DNA of 64,000 nucleotides from Octopus sinensis (GCF_006345805.1 NC_043001.1:55738001-55802000), one strand, 5' to 3'; shown: positions 1 through 13,300, numbered from the stretch's first letter. A program made the numbers and translations. The notes: generated by a model not told the origin, from the sequence alone.

Positions 1-2
1 CA

Positions 3-211
<209 letters not shown>

Positions 212-235
212 CATACTGATTTTAAAACTACTTAC

Positions 236-623
236 CATGCTACCATGGTGTAGAAGGTTCAGCAGAATCCTGTAACTCTAAGGAGCAAGTACATTTTGCT
301 CCAATATGGGCAAACTTTCTATGATAGATGCCCCTCTTAATGCCAATAGCTTTGCTGTGTGTACAGGGCACTCTTTTTCGTGTGGTACGAGCACTATTGA
401 GGTTACCTTGTAGAATGCAAGATTAAAGATCTCTCTCAACTGAGGAGAATTGAGAGGGAAGGTGGCATGATCCAAGTTGTTGAGAGGTTCAAATAAGATG
501 GGAGAAACAGGTTTGTTTTCATGGAGGAAGTTCATTACCACCAAACATTACATACAGGTATAAAGGGATGCCAGCTAAAGAGCTTAAAAATGGTGTTAAG
601 GAATTACCCTTATAGTAACAACC
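236..623 (-). other. Candidate non-coding exon
   Basis: Minus-strand acceptor cctctttcttag (AG at 625-624) and donor ATG|gtaagt (GT at 235-234) flank 388 nt of unique sequence; all three frames contain stops. Confidence 0.2.
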
Positions 624-1245
624 CTAAGAAAGAGGGTATATGACAACAAAAGATTCAGGATGGATGGATGAAGATTGCAGGAGCATGCAGGTGGGGGGAG
701 GTAGATGGATAGGAATATAAATATGTTTCAATAAGAGTATGTATATGCATAAAAGCCTATATATGTAAAGTTATCAGTAAAATATACATAAAAAAGTTTT
801 ATTAGAAGAGTATATATCTATATACTGCATGAAATTTTTTATTCATTTGTGTAAAATCATACAGCGATGTATGTGTGTGTAGTGAAGATTTCTTTCTTCC
901 AAAACCTTAAGATATATCAAAGAAGATTTTCTATTTTTCCAATTGTCATTAAAATCTTTAAAGCTTCAATCATCCTTCTCTCACTCATTCTTTTCTCCCT
1001 CTCATTATTTGACACAAAACTCACTTATATGCATACACAGTGCTTATATATATGGATCAGGAATTGATCTGCATGTATGCATACACATGCAAACATACAC
1101 ACACATGTGTATTTGTATATATATATATATATGCACATACACATCTATATAGACATATACATATCTATTTACTTACATAAATTTATATATATGCATGTAT
1201 ATATTTTACATACATATATTTCTCTCTCTCTCTCTCTCTCCTCTA

Positions 1246-1281
<36 letters not shown>

Positions 1282-1317
1282 CATGTATAAATATATTTGC
1301 ATGTATATTTAGATATT

Positions 1318-1500
1318 ATCATCATCATCGTTTTTAACATTCATTTTTCCATGCTTGCATGGGTTACACAGAATTCATTGAGATAGTTTCTGTGGCCATA
1401 TACCCTACCTGTACCCAAATCTAACCCGTTTCCAAGCAAGGTAATAATAGCACCCAGGTTTGTTGAACATTGACACAGACCAGACCCATTTTTGTATGAC
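1318..1500 (-). mobile_element. Degenerate RTE-LINE 3' tail
   Basis: catcatcatcgtttttaac...tttccatgcttgcatgggtt matches the terminus of the LINE at 6300. Confidence 0.65.
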
Positions 1501-1819
1501 CCTCTTTCGCTAACAAACATCATGAAGAAGATGCGGACATTTCAAGAAGCCAGGAAATGATTTCATGGCTATAAACACATGGTATCTCCTGTACTTGAGT
1601 GCAGGGATGTTGCTTTGTTTGCAGAGACTGAACTTGCAGAGGAGGAGATCAAACACGGGCATGAACAGAGATACCCACACATATATAAACATGTATACAG
1701 ATACACAAATATATGCATGCACATACATACACACCCACCCACATATATACATACACATACACACATATATACATATATCACAAATATAATTACACATACA
1801 CACACGCACACATGTATAA

Positions 1820-1975
1820 CAGACTTCTTCAGTTTCTGTCTACCAATTTTACTCACAAGGTATTGATTGACCAAGGGTTATAGTACAGAGCATTAGCCAA
1901 CAACATTCATACAGTGGGATTGAAACCCTAATGACATGGTTTCAGAGTTACCTTCTTAACCACCTAACCATGTTG
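1820..1975 (-). mobile_element. SINE family A, head fragment
   Basis: Reverse complement of the family A head (cttcagtttctgtctaccaa...cagtgggattgaaacc). Confidence 0.7.
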
Positions 1976-1987
1976 TGTGTGTGTATA

Positions 1988-2362
1988 TTCTTTTATTCTT
2001 TTACTTGTTTCAGTTATTTGACTGCAGCCATGCTGGAGCACTGCCTTTAGTCAAACAGGCCTTATTCTTTGTAAGCCTAGTACTGATTTGATCTCTTTTG
2101 CCAAATCACTAAATTACAGGGTATGTAAACACACCAACATCAGTGTCAAGTGATGGTGGGGAAACAAACACAGACACACAAATACATATATATATATATA
2201 TCCATGAGGGGCTTCTTTCAGTTTCCAGCTACCAAATCCATTCACAAAGCTTTGGTCAGACTGAGGCTGTAGTAGAAGACACTTGCTCATGGTGCCATGC
2301 AGTGGGACTGAACCCAGAAGCATGTGGTTAGGAAGCAAACTGCTTACCACACAGCCACTCTT
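1988..2362 (-). mobile_element. SINE family A (tRNA-like head, internal microsatellite, conserved tail)
   Basis: Head gtggctgtgtggtaagcag...gggttcagtcccactgcatggcacc and tail ...gctccagcatggctgcagtc...gaaacaagtaaaaga; about 18 related copies or fragments by eye in the window. Confidence 0.85.
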
Positions 2363-2424
2363 GCATTTATATACATATTATATATACATATTATATATAC
2401 ATATATGTGTGTGTGTGTGTGTGT

Positions 2425-2635
2425 GAAAACATGTGGATTAATGGTTATGGGTATGATCATAAACTTGTGATTTCAATTGCTGATGGTACATTGTATCCTT
2501 GGGCAAGACACTTTATTTCATACTGTTCTAGTCTGCTCAGCTGGTGAGTTTTACCTGTAATTCAAGGGGCCTGCTTTGTTACATTGTCAGATTGAATCTC
2601 CTAGAGAACTATGTTAAGGGTTCAGTGGTTATTTA
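2425..2635 (+). mobile_element. SINE family D, degenerate
   Basis: ccttgggcaagacactttatttca...ctcagctg motif shared with 41455-41780. Confidence 0.6.
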
Positions 2636-2850
2636 AGCAATATACTTGTGGATGATTAAGGGATTAGATAGGTGCTGATAAAAGGGAAAAACTCTCAAAA
2701 TATGACATATATGCCCATTACCCTTTTTTGCACATTGATTTCATTGTTTGTTTACATCTGATGTTTTGAGCATGAAACATTGTAACAAAAATCAGTGCTT
2801 GCTATAATTTCTATAGAATATCTGTAGAGAAAACCTTAACAGGTTATGTT
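2635..2850 (+). repeat. Unclassified interspersed repeat, copy 1
   Basis: Aligns with 22040-22265 (e.g. tataatttctatagaatatctgtagaga). Confidence 0.75.
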
Positions 2851-2971
2851 AAGGGTATGCTGATCTGTGGAGTGCTAGTTGCTTGGACATTAATTCCACG
2901 AGCAAGCTGATTTGTTGATCAGATCAATTGGAACTCTTGTCATCATCATAACCAACGGAGTGCCAGTAGTA

Positions 2972-3024
<53 letters not shown>

Positions 3025-3027
<3 letters not shown>

Positions 3028-3210
3028 CCGGTGGCACGTAAAAGCACCCACTACACTCTCAGAGTGGTTGGCATTAGGAAAGGCATCCAACTGTAGAAAC
3101 TCTGCTAGATCAGATTGGAGCCTGGTGCAGCCATCTGGTTCGCCAAACCCCAGTGAAATTGTTCAACACATGCTAGCATGGAAAGCGGACGTAAAACGAT
3201 GATGATGATA
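3025..3210 (+). mobile_element. RTE-LINE 3' tail flanked by (TA)n
   Basis: gtgccggtggcacg...gcatggaaagcggacgtaaaacgatgatgatgat is the reverse complement of the 6300 terminus. Confidence 0.85.
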
Positions 3211-4099
3211 TATATATATATGAATGTAAGATCCAAGGATTGAAGTGTAGGAAGAAGGTGAGCTTCAAGCAATCCATAGAAAATATAAAACACAACTTTC
3301 AGAAAGAATAGTAGTTTATTGAGGAGGAAGGTTGTGGTTTTTTTCAAACTGAAGAATGATAAGCAGAAAAAAATTATTTTATATTTCACGGTAGGCAGCC
3401 ACGGTAGGCAGCCACGGTTGCCAGGGATGTGAATAAAATACAACAGTTAAGGAATGAAGTAGATAATATCTGGGCTACATATGTTTCAGAATAAGTGGAA
3501 GTTCGGAAGTAGTAAATATCCAGGCGAGGTGTATACCACAGGCTACTATTCAGGCCAAGGATAACTTGATTAAAGGAAGTTTACATTGTTGTAAGGATGT
3601 ACATGCCACCATATGGAAAATTCAATCAGAATGTGTAGAGAGCACAGTTACAAGGGAGAACAAAATTGCAGAGAGAAAATTAGGAATATACTTGTATACA
3701 TACATATATGTATTCATATACATACATATGTGCATTCATAATACATATACAGATATTCATATACATACACAAATATAATCAAACACAATATAAATATATA
3801 CAGCCTTCATGTAAACAGATGTCTTAAATTTGCTATTGCATATTGTTTTTTGTTTTTTTTTTCTCTTGATTCTCTTAATTATTTTCATTGTCTGGTAAAT
3901 GGTATCACCTTCAACATTAAAGTCTTTTCTGTTTCTCTATTGCTATATTTATCTTCAATGAACACATCTTTGATTGATGTTTTTTCATTTTATACTTCTA
4001 CACATTTTCATCCTCGTGTTTTTGGCTTGTTTCTCTTCATGTATTATTTGTTTGTTCTTTGCATCTTAATCTTACTTGCATTATTTGACTTTTGCCTAT

Positions 4100-4137
4100 C
4101 TATATACACAACCATGCCTATACATACATACACATGA

Positions 4138-4169
<32 letters not shown>

Positions 4170-4482
4170 GCATTTACATTTATACATATACATACATATT
4201 CATATACATTTATGCATATACATTTATGCATATACATTTATATATATACATATATATATTATATATATATACATTTATACACATACGTACATATATTATA
4301 TATATATACATTTATACACATACGTACATATATATTGTGTATATATATATATATATATATATATAACATATATATACATCTATATATGTATACATATATA
4401 TATATATAAATATATATACATTTATATATATATAAATATATATATACATTTCTACATATACATACACATTTCTACATATACA

Positions 4483-4553
<71 letters not shown>

Positions 4554-4860
4554 CACATATTTCTACATATACATTTATACATACACATACATTTCTGCAT
4601 ATACATTTATATATATATATATACACACACACACATTTATACATTTATATATTTATACATATATACATTTATATATATATATATATACATTTATACACAT
4701 TTATACACACATTTATACATATATATATATATATACACACACAAAGATATACATACATACATACAGATGTATACACACACACACAGACACACATATATGC
4801 AGACACACACCTATTTAGAAATATAAACATATATGTACACAAGAGCATATATATATATAC
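4100..4860. repeat. Compound TA/CA microsatellite-minisatellite
   Basis: (TA)n interleaved with catttatacac-type units. Confidence 0.95.
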
Positions 4861-5506
4861 ACATATCTAATATCTATGTATATATTTTCATAACTTTTTG
4901 CATGAAAACATTTGTGTGAATGTGTGTGTATATGCAAATGCAGGCACAGATGCGTAATTACAAACTAAAGTGCATACATACATGGTCATGTGTAAAATAT
5001 GCACATGCACAAAAAAATAACACAAGCAAATATATACACACATATACACTAAAACATCTGAGGTGGGTATCAAGGAAAGGAGCAGCAAAACTGACAACAA
5101 CAACATGAACATCCTACAACAAAATAATTGAAAGCCTTTTTGCATGTTTATTAAAATGTCAGAAACGTCTTTAATAAAAATAAATAAAAAAAAGGTTATA
5201 AAAAAATAACTAAAACATTAGCATACCAGCAATATAAAAAAAAATCAATAAAAGCAAAGAATTCTTGAGTAGGTTGTATTGGATATATGTGTGTATGGCA
5301 TATGGTATTAAGGTTAACTTTCCTTGTCAACTTAAGCACCGATTTTAGTTCTCTTTTCTTTTTTTTTATGCATTGAGACAGGGAAAGAATAAAAGAGGTG
5401 TGAGAGTAAGGGTTTCATACCCCTAGGGAAATTCAAAGAAGGAGTGCTTTTTCACTGCATAATTGTAAATAGATCTATGATATAATACATATACATACAT
5501 ACATAT

Positions 5507-5540
<34 letters not shown>

Positions 5541-5575
5541 CACACATCATCATTTAATGTCTGCTTTCCATGCTG

Positions 5576-5634
<59 letters not shown>

Positions 5635-5752
5635 TTAAGTATATGTATTATATATTTTAAATATATATATATTATTTATATCATATATATATTATTTAAA
5701 TATATTATTTATATTATATATTTTAAATATAAACATATTATTTATATCATAT

Positions 5753-5822
<70 letters not shown>

Positions 5823-5879
5823 TATATATATATAAACATATATATTAATGTTTGTTTTTGTTGAGTTATGATAAAGACA

Positions 5880-6275
5880 ATCAAACTGAAGAATTACTCA
5901 ATACATTTTGTAGAGTACATATTTAGTACACTTTTACAAGGAGCGAAGTGACAGTGACTTTGAAATTTCAATGTGTTAACCTTTGTTAGACTGTCTGACA
6001 AAGGCTGGCAAGCCAAAAATTGAAAATCATTATTAAACCTTTTCTTGTGTGCGTATTTCATCATACTGAACCATTAATCCTTACACACTTTTTTTCTCTC
6101 ACCATTTTTTTTTTCGGTTCTCTTGATTTGTTTCCCCCTCAATCCCTTCTGTCAAAGAGTGTAGGCTCAAAATGTCAGAGACTTTTCTATTCTTCCTAAG
6201 CGTTAAACTAATACACCTGCTTGTTGTTCCCTCACCTGTCTTTTTGTTTTATTTCCTGTAAATTTGAATTATATA
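5880..6275 (+). mobile_element. Penelope-like terminal-repeat fragments with degenerate hammerhead-like motifs
   Basis: ctgacaaaggctggcaagccaaaa (5995) and ctgtcaaagagtgtaggctcaaaatgtc (6149); 6140-6275 is homologous to the reverse complement of 16785-16915. Confidence 0.45.
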
Positions 6276-6299
6276 TATATGAATTATATATATATATAT

Positions 6300-7676
6300 C
6301 ATCATCATCGTTTAACGTCCGCTTTCCATGCTAGCATGGGTTGGACGGTTCAACTGGGGTCTGGCAAGCCCGAAGGCTGCACCAGGCCAGTCAGATCTGG
6401 CAGTGTTTCTACAGCTGGATGCCCTTCCTAACGCCAACCACTCCGAGAGTGTAGTGGGTGATTTTATGTGCCACCGACACAGGTGCCAGACAAGGCTAGC
6501 AGACGACCACGCTCGGATGGTGTTTTTTATGTGCCACCGACACAGGTGCCAGACGAGGCTGGCTGACGGCCACGCTCGGATGGTGTTTTCTTATGTGTCA
6601 CCGACACAGGTGCCAGACGGGGCTGGCGGACGGCCACGCTCGGATGGTGTTTGTTATGTGCCCTCAGCACGGAGGCCAGTCTTTGCGGTACTGGCTACGA
6701 TCACGTTCGGATGGTTTTCTTATGTGCCACCGGCACTGGTACCACAAGGATACAAATTCCATTGATGTTCATCTATTTTGATTTGGTTCGATTTGATTTG
6801 ATTTGATTTGATTCGATTCTCACTTGCCTCAACAGGTCTTCACAAGTGTCACAAGAAGGAAGGTATGCACAGGTGGACTGACTACGTCCCAGGTAGGGGC
6901 CACGGATTATGGCTTCACTAGTCTTGCCGAGTCTTCTCACGCACAGCATACTTCCATAGGTCTCGGTCTCTAGTCATTTCCATGGTGAGACCTAACGTCC
7001 GAAGGTCGTGCTTCACCACTTCGTCCCAGGTTTTCCTGGGTCTACCTCTTCCACGGGTTCCCTCAACTGCTAGGGATTGGCATTTTCTCACACACCTATC
7101 TTCATCCATTCTCGCCACATGACCATACCAGCGCAATCGTCTCTCTTGCACACAACAACTGATGCTTCTTAGGTACAACATTTCTCTCAAGGTACTAACG
7201 CTCTGTCGAGTAAGTACACTGACATTACACATCCATCGGAGCATACTGGCTTCGTTCCTCACAAGCTTACGCATGTCCTCAGCAGTCACGGCCCATGTTT
7301 CACTGCCATGTAGCATAGCTGTTCGTACACATGCATCATACAGTCTGCCTTTTACTCTGAGCGAGAGGCCTTTAGTCACCAGCAGAGGTAAGAGCTCCCT
7401 AAACTTTGCCCAGGCTATTCTTATTCTAGCAGTTACACTTTCAGCGCACCCGCCCCCACTACTGACTTGGTCACCTAGATAGCGGAAGCTATCAACTACT
7501 TCTAGTTTTTCCCCCCGGAAAGTGACGGAAGTTGTTTTCTGCAGATTTTCGGAGGTCAATGCTCCAGAGCATCTGCCACATACAAAAACTATCTTCCCAG
7601 TTAGCCTACCTTTGACATTGCTGCACCTCTTATGTGTCCATAGCTTACACTGGGTACATCTTATAGAGTTTCTACC

Positions 7677-7680
<4 letters not shown>
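6300..7680 (-). mobile_element. 5'-truncated RTE-clade LINE, young
   Basis: Open ORF2 3' part, about 620-nt 3'UTR containing three 62-63 bp repeats and an (AAATC)n run, (GAT)n tail, (TA)n on both flanks. Confidence 0.93.
6918..7679 (-). CDS. RTE ORF2 C-terminal part (Cys/His insertion, RT end, C-terminal region), 5'-truncated
   Basis: Frame is open upstream of the tracked ORF: VGRNSIRCTQCKLWTHKRCSNVKGRLTGKIVFVCGRCSG...LEVVDSFRYLGD...RLRWYGHVARMDEDR...RGRGRPRKTW...TRQD*; these are RTE-type motifs. Confidence 0.88.
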
Positions 7681-7722
<42 letters not shown>

Positions 7723-8254
7723 GTGTGTGTGTGTGTGTGTGTGTGTTTAAGTATTTGGTTTTATGTCAAGTTATATAAATAATTAATTACACTGAAGGAT
7801 TACAAAATATGTTTTGTAGAAGACATTTACTTTACAAAAGAAAATGTTGACTGTAACTTCAAGGTCATGGCTTGCTTGCATTCATCAGACTATGCTTTAC
7901 TTGGGTCCTTTTTGACTTTAAATAGCCTTTGTCAACTTGCTATTTTGTGTAGATGGGTCTATGTGAGTGATAATTAAATATAGTGAGGGTAGACCAAGGA
8001 AGTAGGGGGGGGAATGTAAGTGTTTGTAGGCTATTCTGCAGTGTGAGGATCAGTGACATAAGGGTTTTCTGGATCACAAGACAGCCTTTTTTTTATCTAT
8101 GGACCCTTTTTATTGCTATTTTATACAGGTTGACCCTCATAACCATTCGATGCTTAAAAATTAGTTGTATAGAGACATTTTTCAAAATTCTCATTTCATT
8201 TTCCATACATTAACATGCTTAGGTTGAACTGTGTAAATACATCTTTATCAACAT

Positions 8255-8365
8255 TTTCAGAGGCCCTTAGAATACTACAGTGGATCCCCAGTTAACTATT
8301 TTGCTAGCACCCCACCCCATTACAAAATCTTATATGGACCCTCAGGGGTCTTGTGTACTCTGAAT
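8255..8365. mobile_element. Fragment of a MITE-like family (possibly hAT)
   Basis: Homologous to the reverse complement of 33890-33990 and partly to 45290-45570; superfamily assignment is a guess. Confidence 0.4.
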
Positions 8366-9119
8366 GAGAGCCACAGGCCTAAGCAAACAAACTGGTCAGA
8401 TTGATATTACTTCTGTTCATGAAGAGATATAGCCTGTGGGGTAACTAGTTCATTTACTTTTCCAGGTGAGGCTAAAATTGATTGGTTATAAAGAATGGTG
8501 CACCTTATATTTCAAGGAATCACAATATTTATTGTAATGTATCAAAAATTATTTCGTCCAAATTTTCAGCATATGCAGTGTTATGCCAACTGGATTGATC
8601 AATTTAATTAAGTCTGGATTATATACAGTAGTTATAAGCTAGTTTCAGTTAACAGTTGCAATGGTTACTTACATAATACTTATTACATAACTTCAGATAT
8701 GGTGATAATGCACCATACTTATTACGTAACTTCAGATATGGTGATAATTCAAGAGAATTAAAATAGGAAGGAAGAAGCAATAAAGTGAAATACATAAAAG
8801 CTGTATTTGATGAGTAAATAAGAGTGGGAAGGGTGGAAATATATACACAGTAGTTATGAAATTGTTTAGCTTAAAGTCAGAAGCATTCTAGCTGTGACCA
8901 TACCATCTTTTTCTTTTTTTCTTTGTGATATCTTGGTTTAAACTGTATCTGTCCCTCTTTTTTAATGAGACATTTAAGGGCTGCAGTTGCTGCAGTGCAT
9001 ATGGCATTCTCACATTGGCTTCAGAAAAAGAAAACTTGCTTTGTAAAAAGTGAAAGAAGGAAAAAAGAGGAGTGTTATTGAAGAGAAAGTAAACACCTTT
9101 TCAACATGGTACATCTTAC

Positions 9120-9173
9120 GCTTTTGCGTAAAGTAGGGTTTATAACCTTATACGGTAATGAAAACAATGGAAT
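9120..9173 (-). other. Candidate 54-nt exon (IPLFSLPYKVINPTLRKS)
   Basis: aagtttcttcag acceptor and AGC|gtaaga donor; only the phase-0 frame is open. Confidence 0.2.
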
Positions 9174-9699
9174 CTGAAGAAACTTGTGATGTTCTGCATT
9201 GGCAAAATGTAATAAAAATAATTCAAATAGTGAAATAAATGTCATGATATGAGGAAAGTGTTTAGTTTTGTATGTTAAGTATAAATAGGTCAAAAGTGGA
9301 ATAAATCAGTTGCTATGAGTAAAAGTAGTAGTCTGCAGATGAAAAGCCTGCCCAATATAGTAGTTTATTTTTTCTTCCCCAACGCAACCCAACTTATTCC
9401 CTTTTTTGAACTCTTTATCCTTACTGTCTTATAAGATAGCACACCCTAAGCTAGTCAAAGCTGTTATGTACAGTGTTCTGTGTTTATAAGGTGTTTAGTT
9501 TCTTTTCAGTAACTTAACTCTTTCTTTTTTGCAGCTTCAGCAATAGTTTTCTACTATAACCGCAAGTCAATTTGGGAGTAAAATTTGGTTGACAGACATG
9601 CATGGTAGCCTATGCTTTTTTTCTGTTTTTGAGAGGCAGATTTAATCCATCACCTGATTTAACACAACTGGTTCTTTAGTGCCATTAAAAAGACCAATC

Positions 9700-9990
9700 T
9701 GTTACACACATTCATGCCAAGTCATCAAATAACTTTTCCCCTGCTTCTCACAAGTCTTACACACTTCAAAAAGATTTATGATCCCTGATCTCACTCTTCT
9801 GATTCTCAGGCCTCCTTCGGACAAGGTTGACCAAATGCATCTGCAAAGTTTCTCCCAAGGGTGCATGCCTAAGCAAGATCTATAGAAAGCTGGAAGTTGC
9901 CCATGCGACAAGTCTCCTCTCTCTCCAACAATTATGCTGTCCAAGAGAAATGCAATTGATGGCATAGTTTCCCACCAATGTCACTGCAGA
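9700..9990 (-). pseudogene. Possible L1/Tx1-like ORF2 remnant
   Basis: PWEKLCR...SEGGLRIR resembles the W-x-K-L-C...EGGLG motif downstream of RT in L1/Tx1 elements. Confidence 0.3.
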
Positions 9991-10104
9991 GTGTAAAATA
10001 CTGGAACAAATTCTGTAATGATTCTACCAATCCACTATCTTCCCTTCTGACTAAGCCATTAAATAAAAAAAATTGCATGTGATTTGTTTCTTTGAAAGCT
10101 GACA

Positions 10105-10258
10105 AATCAGCATTGAGGTTAATTTAATACATATTGTAATAGCATTACAATTGGGAAATCAGTATTGAGGCTAATATAATACGTATTGAAATGGCATTGC
10201 AATTGACATATCAGTATTGAGGCTAATATAATGCATATTGTAATAACATTGCAATTGC
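10105..10258. repeat. 52-bp minisatellite, 3 copies
   Basis: atcag(c/t)attgagg(c/t)taat recurs at 10105, 10157 and 10209. Confidence 0.9.
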
Positions 10259-12141
10259 ATTTTATCTTCATAAATGACTACAAAATGTTTAGAATTTTTA
10301 ACAGACACAAAGTTCAAATTCAAATTACCGCACTAAAATGCAACATCTGCAACTGGCAGCTGGTTTATTCAGGACTGGTAACTGTAGTCAAAGTTAAAAG
10401 ACAAACTGAAACCACAAAGTCAAGTTACAAAAGACAACAGTAGTTCTGAAGTTAATGTCAATAATGCTCTTAGTGTCGTTTCTGTATTAAACATATTTCT
10501 CTGTCCTTTATGTAAAACTGTGTAGCTCCAGCAATACTATTGATAATCTCAAAACCAACAATAAAGTATTTGATGCATTGATGTGAATAAAAAGAAACTT
10601 CACTGGATCACATATCTTGGTAGTTATTGCCCTCAGGGTCTTCTTCTTTTTATGCCAAAACCTAGGAGAAGTGAGGTGACACTCAGCATAAATTTCCTGC
10701 TTGGTAGTGCATTTGAATATTGAGTGTAAAAGGAAATGACTGAAGTAACTAATACTTTATCTGTTGGGAGTTAATTAAGAAAGTAATGTTGAAATATTGT
10801 CGATTATTCTTCCTACTTCTTGCTGGTGTTATCAACTTACATCTTAACTGTCTCAAATGAGCCCGAGGGAAGAATGATGCATATAAAAGACTGCATGTTT
10901 CGGGTTAGTCCATTAATGTAATTAATTATAAGAATGAAGAGGGAAGTGTCGAGATAAAAAGAAACTGAATGCTAGGAACATAAAATTTCTGTAGCACTCA
11001 AGAGGACTGATATAGCTAAGAGGTTGATAAAGATATCAACATTATAATATTTCATGGACCCCAAAATTTTCACAACAGATCATAGCTATATCCTAATATC
11101 TTTTAAACATCTTGAATTTTTGCTATCATTATAGTTTGAACTTGAAAAGCATTCTGAATTTCAGGCTGTATTATGATATTTCAAACTAACATTAGAAGAT
11201 TTGGAAGCTTTTTGCATTTCAGATACATAAAACTTAAAATAATCAAAGGAATGGCTAGAAAACATCCTAAATTCCAAAGATGACATAAAATTTGGAGTCC
11301 TTACAAATTTTCTAAATGCTCTGACGTTTATTGTGGAATGTTTAAATATTTTATTCTTAATGTTTTGTTATTGTTTTTTTTTTATTCGTCTCATGCATTG
11401 AACTACGACTATACTGGAACACCATCTTGTGGAGTTCAGTCGATTACATTGACCTCAATACATTGGCTATCATCTGCTTACTTTCCCGAACTTGGAAAGA
11501 TGAAAGGCAAGATATTTTGTCTCATGGGCTACCAATGTTGACATCTTCCTTTGTATGTTATTAATTAGTTTACCAAAGTAACTATTATAACACTAGATCT
11601 AACTGTTCACAAGCTCCCTTATCTTAATAAATCGGTTGACATCTATGCACCATTAAGAATCCCTTTTGGAAAATTCTCTAAACTCTCCTGAGCCAGAGTT
11701 TGCATAAATGTTATACAAAGTTTGAAAGTATCTACCAATATAAGTATCTATCTTTGAAGCTACAAAGAATCTCTCCTTGCCAGTCTTTCTTTCTCTTATA
11801 TACACACACGCGAACATATGTACAAGCACGGATACAATGAATCTAAATGATCATAACTGCTAAATTTGCAAGAGGTAACAGCCAAATCTCAAATCAATTT
11901 AAACCTGCTGCACAAAACAAAAAAGAAAAGAAAAGTAAATACAAGACATCTGAGAAGGTAACATTAGATATATTGTCTCTGTTGCAAAAACATGTGATAC
12001 TCTTGCTTAGAATGCTTTTGATCACAGGCTTCCTCAATCATAGCTAAACAGGAGTTAAGCTTTAAAAATAGATACACACAGACACACACACATGAAATTA
12101 CATGCATACATATATGTGTGTACAATGAAAAGTGTGCCGAC

Positions 12142-12175
<34 letters not shown>

Positions 12176-12181
12176 AAAATG

Positions 12182-12379
12182 CTTATAATGATTATAATTA
12201 TAATTAGGGTTCAGCAAAAAATTTGACTTCACCACAAACCGAAATTTAGAAATAGCAGCCAAAACTAGCTATTTCTCTACCATAAAATAGCTAGTTTTGG
12301 CTGCTATTTCTAAATATCGGTATGTGGTGAAGCAAATTTTTTGCTGAACCCTAATTATAATTATACTCATAATTATAAG
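12182..12379. repeat. Fold-back palindrome, about 93-bp arms and 10-nt loop
   Basis: taattagggttcagcaaaaaattt...ctagctattt / aaatagctag...aaattttttgctgaaccctaatta; loop 12275-12284. Confidence 0.93.
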
Positions 12380-12485
12380 AATTTTTATTTAAGTTTACCG
12401 ATAATGGTTCTTTTAACATACCAAACTGCTTGGTAAATTATTATTATTAATTAATTAATTAATTAATTTTACCCTTTATTATTAT

Positions 12486-12534
<49 letters not shown>

Positions 12535-12899
12535 TATATACTGAGGTACTGCTTATCCATGTTTAAATTTCACTGGTTGTGCATAATTTTTACTCACCCA
12601 AGGAGAGTATAGTAATATCATGTTTTGCTTAGAAGTAGTTAGTTGTATTTAGCTTAAGTCAAAAATCTTGGTTCTTTGCATTGCTTCAAAGTAAAACAAG
12701 ACATATACATGTATGTGTGTGTATGGGAGGGTGGGGGGGTAAACAGGGCATTCAAGCTAAAGTTGACAATTTTTTTGCCTCCATTTTTCAAGAACAGCTT
12801 GATGTATTGCACAGTCAATAGTGTAGGAAAGCCTGGAGATTAAAGTTATAGTCGAGAAAAAAGTTAGCTGACATGTAGTACTGGAAGCCATCTGAATAT

Positions 12900-13300
12900 T
12901 GGGAAAGAATTACCTGTATCATGATGGTTTATGTTGGGTATCAAAATGCTGACACCATGATTGGATTGCTGCTCAGTGCTCTGTGAACACTGTAATGGCT
13001 GTAAGATGTGACATGGACAGCTGCAATGGGAACTGTAAAGCAATGGCCAGCATGAAGGGATTCAGCCAACAACAGACGTACAAGGCCTTCAGACTCAATT
13101 TAAATGACTATATGAAGCCATTGAGACAGTGGGTTACCTCTGATTGAAGAAGGTTGCAGTTGGAAAGCCAAATGTGTGGTAGCAGGATTCAGCTCCTTGC
13201 CATATCTGTGGAGATAGTTAGAAGTGGTTGTTGGAAAATGTCTATGGCTTCAGCAGACACAATTTTATAATCCCAAGGAGCTCAGTTGAAAAAGACATCA
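12900..13300 (+). pseudogene. Degenerate Tc1/mariner transposase (maT/DD37D-like)
   Basis: QGLRLNLNDYMKP...VAVGKPNVW*QDSAPCHICGDS*KWLLENVYGF resembles the WQQDSAPCH motif; stops and frameshifts present. Confidence 0.65.

Noticed and set aside
278-544. 88-aa ORF as a protein
   Set aside because: No recognisable motif, and it stops before the nearby strong donor.
2656-2839. Kolobok/piggyBac element from TTAA...TTAA boundaries
   Set aside because: Homology with the second copy extends beyond both TTAA sites and there are no TIRs, so TTAA is not a TSD.
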